A DNA stretch of 60,081 nt, counting the filler, from Diploschistes diacapsis (Eukaryota), in assembly GCA_023645945.1 (NCBI GenBank). It is 5 parts of 5 records of this genome, joined end to end, with 100 filler letters (N's around TTAATTAATTAA, not from the genome) between each part and the next. Parts side by side here need not be neighbours in the genome. Positions count along the whole stretch, not along the records: positions 36,127 to 48,055 come from JALAIB010000783.1; 4 more parts are not named here. One strand, 5' to 3'. A program made the translations under genes and the position numbers. The notes beneath the pieces are model-generated. The model saw only the letters and a program-made list of their open reading frames with translations, was not told where the DNA came from and did no database searches. Positions 38,365-48,155 of the stretch are shown here, one piece after another (the stretch's first letter is position 1; every line of letters starts with the position of its first letter).

Positions 38365-38577
38365 CGCCTTGCCATTGGGCCATTAGGCCTGGTTGATTTT
38401 CTAATTGCTATTTTTACTAATATATTGCTAACTCTTAACTTTCTCTGATCTCAAGTTTTTCTAAAACAGCCAACTGTCTTGGCATTAGGCGCTGAAAAGT
38501 GCAGCTCGATTTAAACAGAGCAGCTGAAAACCTGCTCGGTTTCAAGAACATGGAGCGACTCTGTTTGTTACAATTAC

Positions 38578-39678
38578 TTATGTTGCCCCTAGAGACGACT
38601 TGAGAGCACTGCAAGCTTCAGCATACGCCCATTCCGTCTGCCGATTTCCCCATTCCCAAGCATCACCGCGCACAACAATCCACGGCACCTTGTCCCAGCC
38701 ATGCCCCACCTTTTCGATCTTCACATGTTTCGCATCCTTACCCGCACCCTTCAATCTACCGACGAACCTCTCGCCTTCCTCCTGAAGCATATCATACTCG
38801 CACGTCAAGATGAAGATATTGTCCGGTAGAAGCCTCTGAAGGAAATCAACGCTAGCCTGGGCGGGCGACAAGAAGGGGTCGCGAAGGATCTGTGCACTGG
38901 GGTCATCCTCCGCTCGCACAGGCAAGTAGCTGTGGTCGAAGAGAGAGCTGAGCGTTGCTGGCATGTTCTCGCTGGGCTTGGGGTTCGTGGCCCGTCGTTG
39001 GGGTCGCGAGAGGGTGTAGTCGACGGCAGGGTAGAAGGAGGCAATGGCCACGATGTCACAGCGAGCCCCGGCCATGGTCTTCGAGTCGAAGCCAGATGGT
39101 ATGGCGGAGCAGTGAGCCTCATGTAACTTCTGCTGCTCCGTGCCTTGTTGGAGCACCGCGTAAAGCAATGGAACGGTTATACTGAGATTGGCGCCAGCAG
39201 AGAAGCCGCTCGTCATCACCCGTGTAGTATCGAGGCATAGCTCCTCTGCATGGTTCGCAAGGTAGTCCAGGGCAAGCGCTCCGTCCTGCACCGCCGTAGG
39301 ATATGGGTATTCCGGAGCCTTTCGGTAGCCCACGCTGACTACCACTGCACCCAGCGCGTCCGAGACTCGGTTTGCCCATTTGATATCATCTTGAGCATTG
39401 CCGATAGTGAAGCCTCCGCCATGGAAGTTGACCACCACTGGGTACTTTGCCTCGGCTTTCGATTGGTATGGTTTCGGATGATAGAAATACAGAGGTATTC
39501 GCCCTTCTGTGAACGGCTTGGGCACCTCGACTGTGCGCTGAAAGGTATAGCTCCTTGTCTGCGAGTTCCACATACCATCCAAGGTGTTCACCGTTTGCAT
39601 CAAGGTTCTCCACATTGTAGCCTGCGCCTTGAGGTACAATTGCGACGGACGCGGCTCTGGCTTTGAGGTTGAGGCCAT
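38578..39678 (-). CDS. Alpha/beta hydrolase fold-3 (HSL-like lipase/esterase)
   Basis: VVVNFHGGGFTIG, YRKAPEYPYP, nucleophile elbow GFSAG, CEYDML, HGWDK; first ATG at 39678. Confidence 0.9.
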   Translation of the reverse strand: MASTSKPEPRPSQLYLKAQATMWRTLMQTVNTLDGMWNSQTRSYTFQRTVEVPKPFTEGRIPLYFYHPKPYQSKAEAKYPVVVNFHGGGFTIGNAQDDIKWANRVSDALGAVVVSVGYRKAPEYPYPTAVQDGALALDYLANHAEELCLDTTRVMTSGFSAGANLSITVPLLYAVLQQGTEQQKLHEAHCSAIPSGFDSKTMAGARCDIVAIASFYPAVDYTLSRPQRRATNPKPSENMPATLSSLFDHSYLPVRAEDDPSAQILRDPFLSPAQASVDFLQRLLPDNIFILTCEYDMLQEEGERFVGRLKGAGKDAKHVKIEKVGHGWDKVPWIVVRGDAWEWGNRQTEWAYAEACSALKSSLGAT

Positions 39679-40564
39679 TGTACCGGTTGATATAGCAAGA
39701 TAAGACAATTGCAATGTGATAAAGACACGTTGAATCCCTTCTGAAGTAACAAGGTAGCTGGAACGGACACAGTATGCTAGGAAATGTGGCTGGTGGAACT
39801 ATATACGGAACATCTTCCATCGGCAAATACGCGTAGCTGCTGCTGCCTGGATGTTCACTCATCCTTTTCGCCCACGATAGGTGGTTTGAAAGTTCCGCTT
39901 GAAGTATCATTTGAACGAGATAATGGTATAGTTCCCATAGTCGTGTGATGCCCGAATCGATCGATTGTTCTATACCGTAGTGGCAGATGTCATACCTAGT
40001 AATCTGGAGCTGCAACGCACTTCTCCTTCTCTTCAACCCTGACGCTAACAAAGTCACCTACCTTTATATCTTGCCTCAGACGCACACTAGGGCGACCAGA
40101 CACGGAAATTGAGGCCTTGTTCGTTGCTCAAAAAGTTGTTCTCAGAGGGGTTGCTGTTGGGTTCGCGTACGAATTTCATGATTTGTGCGACTACGTACTG
40201 CAGCGCGCACGAAGCCCAAGAGAAAATATACAAGAGAAATGGTGTGATCGAATCAACGAAAAAGACCGATCTCTGTGGAGTTGTTTCAGCTTTATCACTG
40301 TCGGGATTCGCTTCTGGACAGTTCCTCCCATGGAAGCCTTCACCACTTCGACGTGACTGACTGGACTGAAGCTCATATTTCAGCTGTTTGATTCTCGACG
40401 TCGCAGCACATGGTCGAGGGAGCCATGGTATCTAACAAAAGCCGGCTGCAATCCGTCTACGGTGGATCAGACCCATCTGGTGCGCCATTCTCTTGTCTCA
40501 ACAACACCCAGCCTCCTTTTTAGTACGAAGAAACACCTTTTCGACTGCGACGAGAGACGACCTC

Positions 40565-41674
40565 TCAGTAGGTCGAGCCAGGCATCACACCGAGTCTCCC
40601 TCCGTCAATGAGCTGAATACTCCCGCAACAATATGCCCCTGCTTCGGACGCAAGATAGAGCACCGTCCCCGCCATTTCCTCCTCTCTGCCCACGCGTTCC
40701 AGGGGCAGTATCGCTCTCGGTATACTGCCTTCGACCGTGAAATCGCCTTCGCCAAACAGAGACTGGAGCATATCCGAGGGGAAAACTAGCTCGCCTTAGT
40801 CAGCACGGAATTTTCTCCACTCTGATAACCGCCACCACCACCACCACCGAGCCCACAATTAAGTCAATGAGACCAAGTCCAAACTTACATCCAGGCGCAA
40901 TCGCATTGACCCTAACCTTCCACTGTACCAAATACCCCGCCAGGCTCTTCACCAAGTGCGTCACGGCCGCCTTGCTCGTCGTGTACGCCATCCCACTCAT
41001 CTGCCACGAGCGATGGAAGCCCGCAATACTGCTCGTCACCACCACCTGGCTCGTCTGCCTCACGTTGCCCCTTTTGTTCCCCTTGTCCAACAGCTCCAGA
41101 AAGGCAACCGTCGTGTAAAAGGCCCCCGCCACGTTCACCTTGTACACCTGCGCGAAGTCCTCCACGGGACTCTCCCACAGCGCCTTCTGGACCTCCTCCA
41201 GCGTCAGCGGTCCGCGGCTGTCGTTCTCCTGCCGGGGCGAGATGGCCATGTAGTTGGGTCCCAGCACGCCGGCGTTGGCGAGCAGGAGGTTGATGTAGCC
41301 CGTTTCGTGCGCGATGTGCGACGCGGCGGCCTGCAGCGAGGGCTTGGATGTGGCGTCGCACTCGAGGGGCAGGACTTTCGCGCCGGGCGGGAGTGGCTGC
41401 GAGGCGATGGAGGCGGCGGCCTCCTGCAGCTTGGACAGGCGGCGGCCTAGGATGTAGACGGTGGCGCCGTTGGTGGCGAGGGCGCGCGCCATGGTGAGGC
41501 CGAGGCCTGGAGGGTGGTGTTAGTCGGTGCGCTCGGTTGGAAGCTTCGGGGTTGTGAGGCCTGAGAGTGAAGGGACGGTGAGAGCGACATGCCTGTTCCT
41601 CCTCCCGTGACGACTGCCACCAGCCCTGTGCAGTCGAACAGAGTCTGCCTGTCCATGCCATTCGTAGTAGCCAT
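40565..41674 (-). CDS. Short-chain dehydrogenase/reductase; 3 exons, first intron GC-AG
   Basis: Exons 41674-41593, 41506-40889, 40785-40565: VAVVTGGGTG/LGLTMA, LLANAG, TSSIAG, YTTSK, RVNAIAPG/FFPSDM, IDGGRL. Confidence 0.92.
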
Positions 41675-42357
41675 TACGCTTACCTTCTCGTTCGAATTTG
41701 TCTCGGAAAGCTCTACGTCGCGTCCAGGTACCCAAGTGAATACAAAACCAGCAATGCGAAATACCGACCTCCCACTCTAGGTACTATATATCAAGACAAT
41801 ATCGGCCTTCTCCCCCCTCTCCTAAATCCGCGCCCCCAAGGCCCGAATTCCCCCCCGCGCAACTTCCGTCATTCCATTTTGGTAATCCTTGCTTTGGCCC
41901 CTTCGACATACATGCGGACGATTCAGACGAAAAGTTAAATAATGAGGTAATTAGTCCCCCACTGCTTTCGATTCGAGGTCGCTCGTCCTGGGTTTTCTTG
42001 ACTCTTCTCTCCGTTTTGTTTTGTCGGCCGGGTTCGGTTCGGGTAACGCCGCACTTATATCCAGCTTCTGTGGGTCTGAGGCCGCAAGCAGCCGCAGGAG
42101 CCGCTGGCTCGGAGATACATGTTATGCAGCCAGGTGACTCGACTGCTTAGTAATGATGGCCAAACAGACGGGATGCTCATGAGAAAAAAAAAGAATTCGA
42201 CCATATCTAGTTACGCTAGCGATCCCAATCCGCCGCCCAAAGCCCAATGTTGAAAAAGTCCAGGGGGTATCTCTATCTCTATCTCTATTTCTATCCTCTA
42301 TCTCCCATAACCGTGTTCCTCGCAATGCGCCCTTGTTGAAAATGCCCCCCTACTCAA

Positions 42358-44856
42358 TCAATCACGAACATCAAAGCCACCAAGCGTACTCTGCAGCTTC
42401 GCCCGCATCTCCTCCCACTCGTCGCGCTCGTCGCTCAGGATCGTGATCGCGCCCCCAGCCCCGATTCTCCACTCCTCGACCTCGGACGCGTCATCGTCCC
42501 ACTTGTACGCCGTGCGGATGACGACGGAGAAATCGCCGCCCCCGCCGACGCACATGTAGCCCAGGACGCCGGCGTACACGGAGCGCGGCCCGTCCTCGAT
42601 GCCCTGCAGGAGCGTGCAGGACCGCTTTTTCGGCGCGCCGGTCATGCTGCCTGGCGGGAGGCTGGCGGCCAGGACGTCGATTCCCGAAGGCGGAGCCGTT
42701 GTAGCGCCGGCTGCGGAAGCGGGGGCGGTTTCGCCGTGCAGGCGGCCGAGCGTGCCCTCGATCACGCTGACGAGCTGGTAGACGCTCGCGTACTCCTCGA
42801 CGGCCATCAGGGAGCGGACGTGGACGTTTCCCGAGCCTACAACGCCGTACAGGTCGTGTCTGATTAGGTCCACAATCATTAGGTTCTCTGCTCTTTCTTT
42901 GGGCGCGGATAGCAGCGTTGTGGCTTCTTTGAGGCTCACGCGTCGGGTCTCGCCGGAAGGTGTGGTTTGATGTTTCCTGACTGTGCCCTTGATTGGTCGA
43001 AATTGGACTGTTGACGCGAGCGAGTAGGGGCGCGTCCATGATAAGAACCTCTCCGGTGATGAAGAGAGAACGGTCAGGGGACCGAGACGCAAGTATGCGG
43101 CAAAAGGAGCGGGATTGCAGTCTCGCAGCTTTAGGTATCTCTGCCACGAGGAAGCTTTTCCAACAAGTGGTGTTGTCTTGATGTGGGTTGTCGCAGTCAA
43201 GCACAACTCGTAAGAGTTCCCGGCTCGGATTTGGTTCTGGCATGTCTGAATCTTGCGCGCATAATCAGCCTCATTGGGCTTGATGCACGAAACGGACGGC
43301 CGGTGCTCAGGTGGTGTTGTGACGCTGATTCCAGGAATAATCATGCCTCTCACCAAAATGTTCTGTGTTTCCTGGATCCACTGTAAATCATTGGATCTGA
43401 TGCTTTGAATGCGCAGTAGGTCTTGAAAATGGTCGATGACTATGCTCCGCTCGACAAAGGCAAATCCAACATCAGGCCTCGAAGTATCCCACCACGATGG
43501 AATGTTGATGGTTTCCAAGCACGCTTCGTAGGTGATGTAGCCCATCAAGCCGCCCCAGAAAGGAACATTTATGCTGCCGTCACTGATCTTGTGCTGTTCC
43601 ATGAATGACTTGAGATAGGAGAAGATCGTTTCCGTAGCGCCAAGCTTTTCCTTATGGACGAGCATGCGGTGCTTCGTTTCAACCTCTTTACTCTCAATAT
43701 GATAGCTCAGCTTGATCGTGTCCGAGTCAACAAACCCGATGATGCTGTATCTCCCGAGCTTTGGCATTGACCGCTTTTCCGAGTCTAGTACCACGACCTC
43801 GGATTCGGTCAAGCCTAACATATCCAGTATTCTGGGGACATCCAACTTTCCCAAAGAAATGCATTGATCCTTGTATGAATGGTGAAAGGGATTTCCGTTG
43901 GTCAATGACGCAAATGAAGAAGAGGTAGGTGGACTGGATAGCGAGCGGTGAGATTCCGAGGAAGGGAAGATCCGGGAAGGCTGCTGAGAATGATTATCCA
44001 AGCTGATTTGAGCTGCGCTCTTCGCTCTGCGAGATGCTATGTCGGCTCTAGGAGATACAAACATACGTGGTCTGTATTGCTGATGGTCTACACCCAGCAC
44101 TTTCCAAGACTCAATGATGACGCTCAAAGGTAGAAACGTTTGGGGTCTATAGTGTCGAAGCCAGCCTAAGCTCAATTCCCACCAATTCTTGATTACCGTA
44201 CTCGCCTTCGGGGAAGAGCAAACCGACTCTGGGTGAAACTGGACACCATAGAATGGTCTACGGGCATGCTTGACAGCCATGAGGATTCCATTTGCTTTCT
44301 TTTCGTTTGGGGCACCGGGAGTAGAATCAGAAAAGTCCCAGGCAAGCGCAATCAGCTCTGGGGGATCATACCGACGTACGCCGAACCACCGAGCCAACTT
44401 TCCAGTCTCACGGAGCACGCGGTCAGGAAGGGTTACCTGCAGGGAGTGATACTGAACGCTCGAGACTTGGGGAAGATCTCTGAATATCAACGACCCGCTG
44501 GTGGACACTGTAGTCTCGATTCCGTGGCGAGGCCGAGGAAGTTCCGTCGCTTTGCCGCCAAAAGCATGGACTAAACTCTGGAATCCAAGGCAGATGCCAA
44601 GAACCGGTATTACAATCCCATCTGAAAGGCTCCATAGTTCAGCTATCAAGCCAACGTCTTCCCGGTTGCTTGGATTGCCAGGTCCGGGCCCTGCAATGAC
44701 TGCTGCAAAGGGCCGGAGCAAGGCGGTCAGGTCCTCAACATGCGTATCAATATGGATCTTGGTGACCAAGACTGACAGCTCAGTCTCAAGTAGAGAGATG
44801 ATGTTGTTTGAGAAGGAATCATACGCATCAATGAAAAGGACACGCAGCTTCGACAT
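42358..44856 (-). CDS. ABZ1: Aminodeoxychorismate (para-aminobenzoate) synthase, fused GATase + chorismate-binding
   Basis: FIDAYDSFSNN, GPGPG, LGICLGFQ, YHSL, GVQFHPES; SSSPERFL, RPIKGT, KERAENLMIVDLIRHDL, PPGSMTGAPK, GAGGAIT. Confidence 0.95.
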   Translation of the reverse strand: MSKLRVLFIDAYDSFSNNIISLLETELSVLVTKIHIDTHVEDLTALLRPFAAVIAGPGPGNPSNREDVGLIAELWSLSDGIVIPVLGICLGFQSLVHAFGGKATELPRPRHGIETTVSTSGSLIFRDLPQVSSVQYHSLQVTLPDRVLRETGKLARWFGVRRYDPPELIALAWDFSDSTPGAPNEKKANGILMAVKHARRPFYGVQFHPESVCSSPKASTVIKNWWELSLGWLRHYRPQTFLPLSVIIESWKVLGVDHQQYRPRMFVSPRADIASRRAKSAAQISLDNHSQQPSRIFPSSESHRSLSSPPTSSSFASLTNGNPFHHSYKDQCISLGKLDVPRILDMLGLTESEVVVLDSEKRSMPKLGRYSIIGFVDSDTIKLSYHIESKEVETKHRMLVHKEKLGATETIFSYLKSFMEQHKISDGSINVPFWGGLMGYITYEACLETINIPSWWDTSRPDVGFAFVERSIVIDHFQDLLRIQSIRSNDLQWIQETQNILVRGMIIPGISVTTPPEHRPSVSCIKPNEADYARKIQTCQNQIRAGNSYELCLTATTHIKTTPLVGKASSWQRYLKLRDCNPAPFAAYLRLGPLTVLSSSPERFLSWTRPYSLASTVQFRPIKGTVRKHQTTPSGETRRVSLKEATTLLSAPKERAENLMIVDLIRHDLYGVVGSGNVHVRSLMAVEEYASVYQLVSVIEGTLGRLHGETAPASAAGATTAPPSGIDVLAASLPPGSMTGAPKKRSCTLLQGIEDGPRSVYAGVLGYMCVGGGGDFSVVIRTAYKWDDDASEVEEWRIGAGGAITILSDERDEWEEMRAKLQSTLGGFDVRD

Positions 44857-45197
44857 CTTTGGTAGATAACGAAAGGTTTCGTAGTATCATAATTCGCGAA
44901 AGAAGAGCAAAACATACCAGGGCCTACCGGTTTAGTTTGTCAAAGTATCATGGACTCTTGCCCTCGGGCTCGCTTTTGCAGGAGACCTTGGACATACGGT
45001 GTGAGATTCCAGTATATAATTGCCCTTCATAGTAAACGAGTTTTCAGAGGTTTCGCTTGCAGTGACCGCGCCGTGCGCCGCGATAAATATTTTACTTCGG
45101 GCGGAAGCAACTGTGAGGTCGTCGAGTATTTACTGTGTGTGCACCTGCTTGACAGTGAGGATTTCGAAAATTTTCTTGCGTGCCGATCTCGGTCGCC

Positions 45198-48055
45198 ATG
45201 GCTCATCCTCCGGAGCTCGATCTGGACATTATCCGAGCAAGAGCGGAACAAGAAAACAACGACAGCGCCTCGGGCATTCCTAGGCCAACCTCACCGTCCA
45301 CAGACGCGGTCATTGTACGCGCAGATGAAGTAGATGAGGTGCCCGAGGATAGACCTCAGCGTCCTATCCTCCGACGTGAAGGTTCTGCTCCTCCACCACC
45401 GCCAAGACAACCTCCTCCGCCAGCGCCACAAGCACAAGAAGACGGGCAATCCGAGTCTTTGAGCGTAGCACAGCTGAGGAATATTGCTACGAATCTGCCC
45501 AAACTAGAGCCCAAGGCCTACGCTTACAGCTATGATGAGACTAGGACTTTTCCGGAGGAGCTTGAGGAGTGGTTTCAATACACGGAGTACGAGCGAGGGC
45601 TCTGGGAGGCTTCCAAGGGTGCCTACGATGAGGGTTTTGCGAGCTTTGAGGATATGGAGGAGCGAGGAGCGGGCGCTGGTCTCGACCCCTCTTCTGGATG
45701 CAACGAGAGGTTTGTCACCCAGCAACTGGAAATTCTTGAGGGAACCGATCCAGAGTCGAGGAGACAGGCTTTACTGGCCATCACCTACATGGCTATGGGA
45801 TCATGGGCCAGGCTTGACAGCCGAAGCGACAGTGTCCCTGAAGAGGATGCATCGGATTTTGCGCCGCCAAATGGCAAATACCGGAGAGCAAACGTCCAGT
45901 TATGGTCCATTCAGGCAGCGTCGATCCTGCTTTGCAGGGCTGGGGCTGTAAAGGTCTTGTTCAAGATTGTTCGGAAGATCTGTGATCAGTAGGTGATCAC
46001 CGCCCCCGAGAAGCTTTGTTAATTCGAACGAGGTCTGCGAAGAGCGAACTCTCTCCTCTAGATGATTCCGAGCTAGCCGCAGCTCTGACAAGTCTGTACT
46101 TTATAGCAGAGGCAGGGCGACAGCAATTGAAGCGGGAAGCCGGGGATTCCATTCGAACAGCATTTCGTGAGTATCTTATTTCTGGCGTGTCATCTCGCGA
46201 TTCTGGCTAAAATCTGATGATAGTTGCGCTCGAGCCAAGCTTTCTTGAGTACTTCTGTCAACTGATAGCTAGGCTACGATGGGATGATTCTTCCAGTCTG
46301 CCCTTTACAAAGGTATGGTTCTTCTAGAAAGCCTGGAGCTTGCTAATATCGAAAGGTTCTTCTGCTATTCTGGAAATCAATTCTACTGGACTTTGGTAGT
46401 AGCAAAGATCTGAACAGCTGCAAGAACGAACTTCGAACCGACAACGATGTGGACAAGAATCAGAACGAGGCCTATTTGACCGCCTCCCCTCTGGACTATC
46501 ATGCGTTCCGTCAAGAGATCACCTCCAAGTATCCTGCCTACAACCCTCCCCCGCCACTAGTTCCATTGGAGATTGACAACAACACTATGCTGCCGCCACT
46601 GCCAAATCACGTAAGTACAAGCACGAGCCACGACGATCTGCAAGCTCTGGGCGTGAACAATGGCCCCTCGACGTCCATCTTCCACCAACCCGTCCATATT
46701 GCGACTCCTGCACCCTCTCCCCCTCCAACACCAGGCGGGCCGGGTGGGAAAGGTGGAAAGAAGCAGAACTACCAAACGAATCAGAACTTTCCCTTCTTGT
46801 ATCCACCGTTAGACAGCACCAGCAATGAAGTTGGAGGTAAGGGGAATGCGGTACTACAGGATCGTCTTGTAGGCAAGCAGTGGGAAGGAAGTGACATACC
46901 AGCGTCGATACTGGAGGCTGCACAGCTATTTCACAGTCGAATGCGGATGTCAAGACCACTGCGGCAGTTATGGGACGTGCGCGAAGAGTTTATCAAATAC
47001 GAGAGAGGATGGATAAGCGATGACAGGAATGCCCGAGAGCAGGACAATGCTCCAGAAGATGGAGATGACGAGCCTGGTCGAGAAGATGAGAGCAGCTTGA
47101 GAGGCAGCGAAAAACCGCATGATTTGGCCGCCGAGGACGCGGAGCCCCCTGCTCCACGGAAGGAAGACGACGATTCGGTCCAGCGCAGACTTGATGTAGT
47201 TGAAGTATTCTATGTAAGTTCACCACAAGCGCTACGATCCGGGACTGACGACTGCCAGCGAAGCGCAATACCCAACCTGCAGTCCATCGTCATTGTTCTC
47301 CTCAAGGTCCTTCTCTCCAATATCACTGTTCTCGGGTCTCAACCTAATGCCTCAAACCCGGAAGGCGGCGATGATGCAGTCGTATCCAACGGGTCGGATC
47401 TTCTGCCAACAATGAACCTCAATCTGTCAAATTACCTATCCGGGACGAACGAGCAGCATTCCGATGCGCATCTGGAGTCGAACCCGTTGGAAGTCTTGAA
47501 TTCTATTAGGACTAGGGAGATCACCTCGAAGGCCGTAGCAGGACTCATTCTTGCGCTGCTGAAGTGGTTCAGGCTATCGCGTAAGTCTCCCGCAAAAGTT
47601 TTCTGTGATGTGCTCATATGTGAGATAGATATCCTGAAGTTCGAGTACTTTGCCCAACTCCTGCTCGACTCGAATTACATCCCACTTGCCTTGAAATACT
47701 TTGCCCTGCAAGACGTGGACAAAGCAGTCGACCTCAAGCACGACCGCGATGATCTCGGGTATTTGCTCTTACCTTTTCTTGCTTCTCCCTTTTTCTCTCG
47801 CGTGTTCTTATCTCCCCTTATATTACATCCTCACGGCCAACTCTCTTCCGTTCTTTTCATTCTCTACCCTCTCTTTCCTTCTAACTCTGTGTTCCATTCT
47901 TACTTTTCACTGTCCTTCCGACTCCTTCCTTTCCACTATCCCCTTTCCTTGCTCCGCCTTCTTCCGTTTCCCGATAATTGTCGACCCCTCACTAACCCAT
48001 CACAGTTTCTTCCGCTTCTGCCACCTCGACTCCGGCCACGCCTTCACCCCACCCC
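45198..48055 (+). CDS. FAR11: STRIPAK component Far11/PRO22/HAM-2 (STRIP1-like); multi-exon, 3' truncated at contig end
   Basis: FPEELEEWFQY, LRWDD, LLLFWKSILL, TASPLDYHAFRQEITSKYPAYNPPPP, PGGKGGKKQNYQTNQNFPFLYPP, REITSKAV...LLKWFRLSH/ILKFEY, FFRFCH in the last visible exon. Confidence 0.92.
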
Positions 48056-48155
48056 NNNNNNNNNNNNNNNNNNNNNNNNNNNNNNNNNNNNNNNNNNNNT
48101 TAATTAATTAANNNNNNNNNNNNNNNNNNNNNNNNNNNNNNNNNNNNNNNNNNNN
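48056..48155. other. Artificial contig-joining linker
   Basis: 44 N + TTAATTAATTAA + 44 N. Confidence 0.98.

Larger units (their letters stand above)
38244..38389 (-). tRNA. tRNA-Arg(ACG) split by two introns; exons 38389-38365, 38312-38302, 38279-38244
   Basis: Joined exons give 72 nt GGCCTAATGGCCCAATGGCAAGGCG-CTTGACTACGA-ATCAAGAGATTCCAGGTTCGACCCCTGGTTAGGTCA. Acceptor stem GGCCTAA/TTAGGTC, D stem GCC/GGC, anticodon stem CTTGA/TCAAG with loop CT-ACG-AA, T stem CCAGG/CCTGG with TTCGACC loop; A and B boxes intact. Confidence 0.93.

Noticed and set aside
40912..43243. Long alternative-frame ORFs overlapping the SDR and ABZ1 genes
   Set aside because: Shadow ORFs caused by high GC3 in the real frames.
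38578..44856. Hydrolase + SDR + ABZ1 as a secondary-metabolite cluster
   Set aside because: No backbone enzyme, transporter or regulator on the contig; ABZ1 looks like the normal folate gene, divergent from FAR11.
11951..48155. Four identical TTAATTAATTAA palindromes about 12 kb apart as a biological periodic element
   Set aside because: Each is embedded in exactly 44+44 N; this is a six-frame-stop assembly linker.
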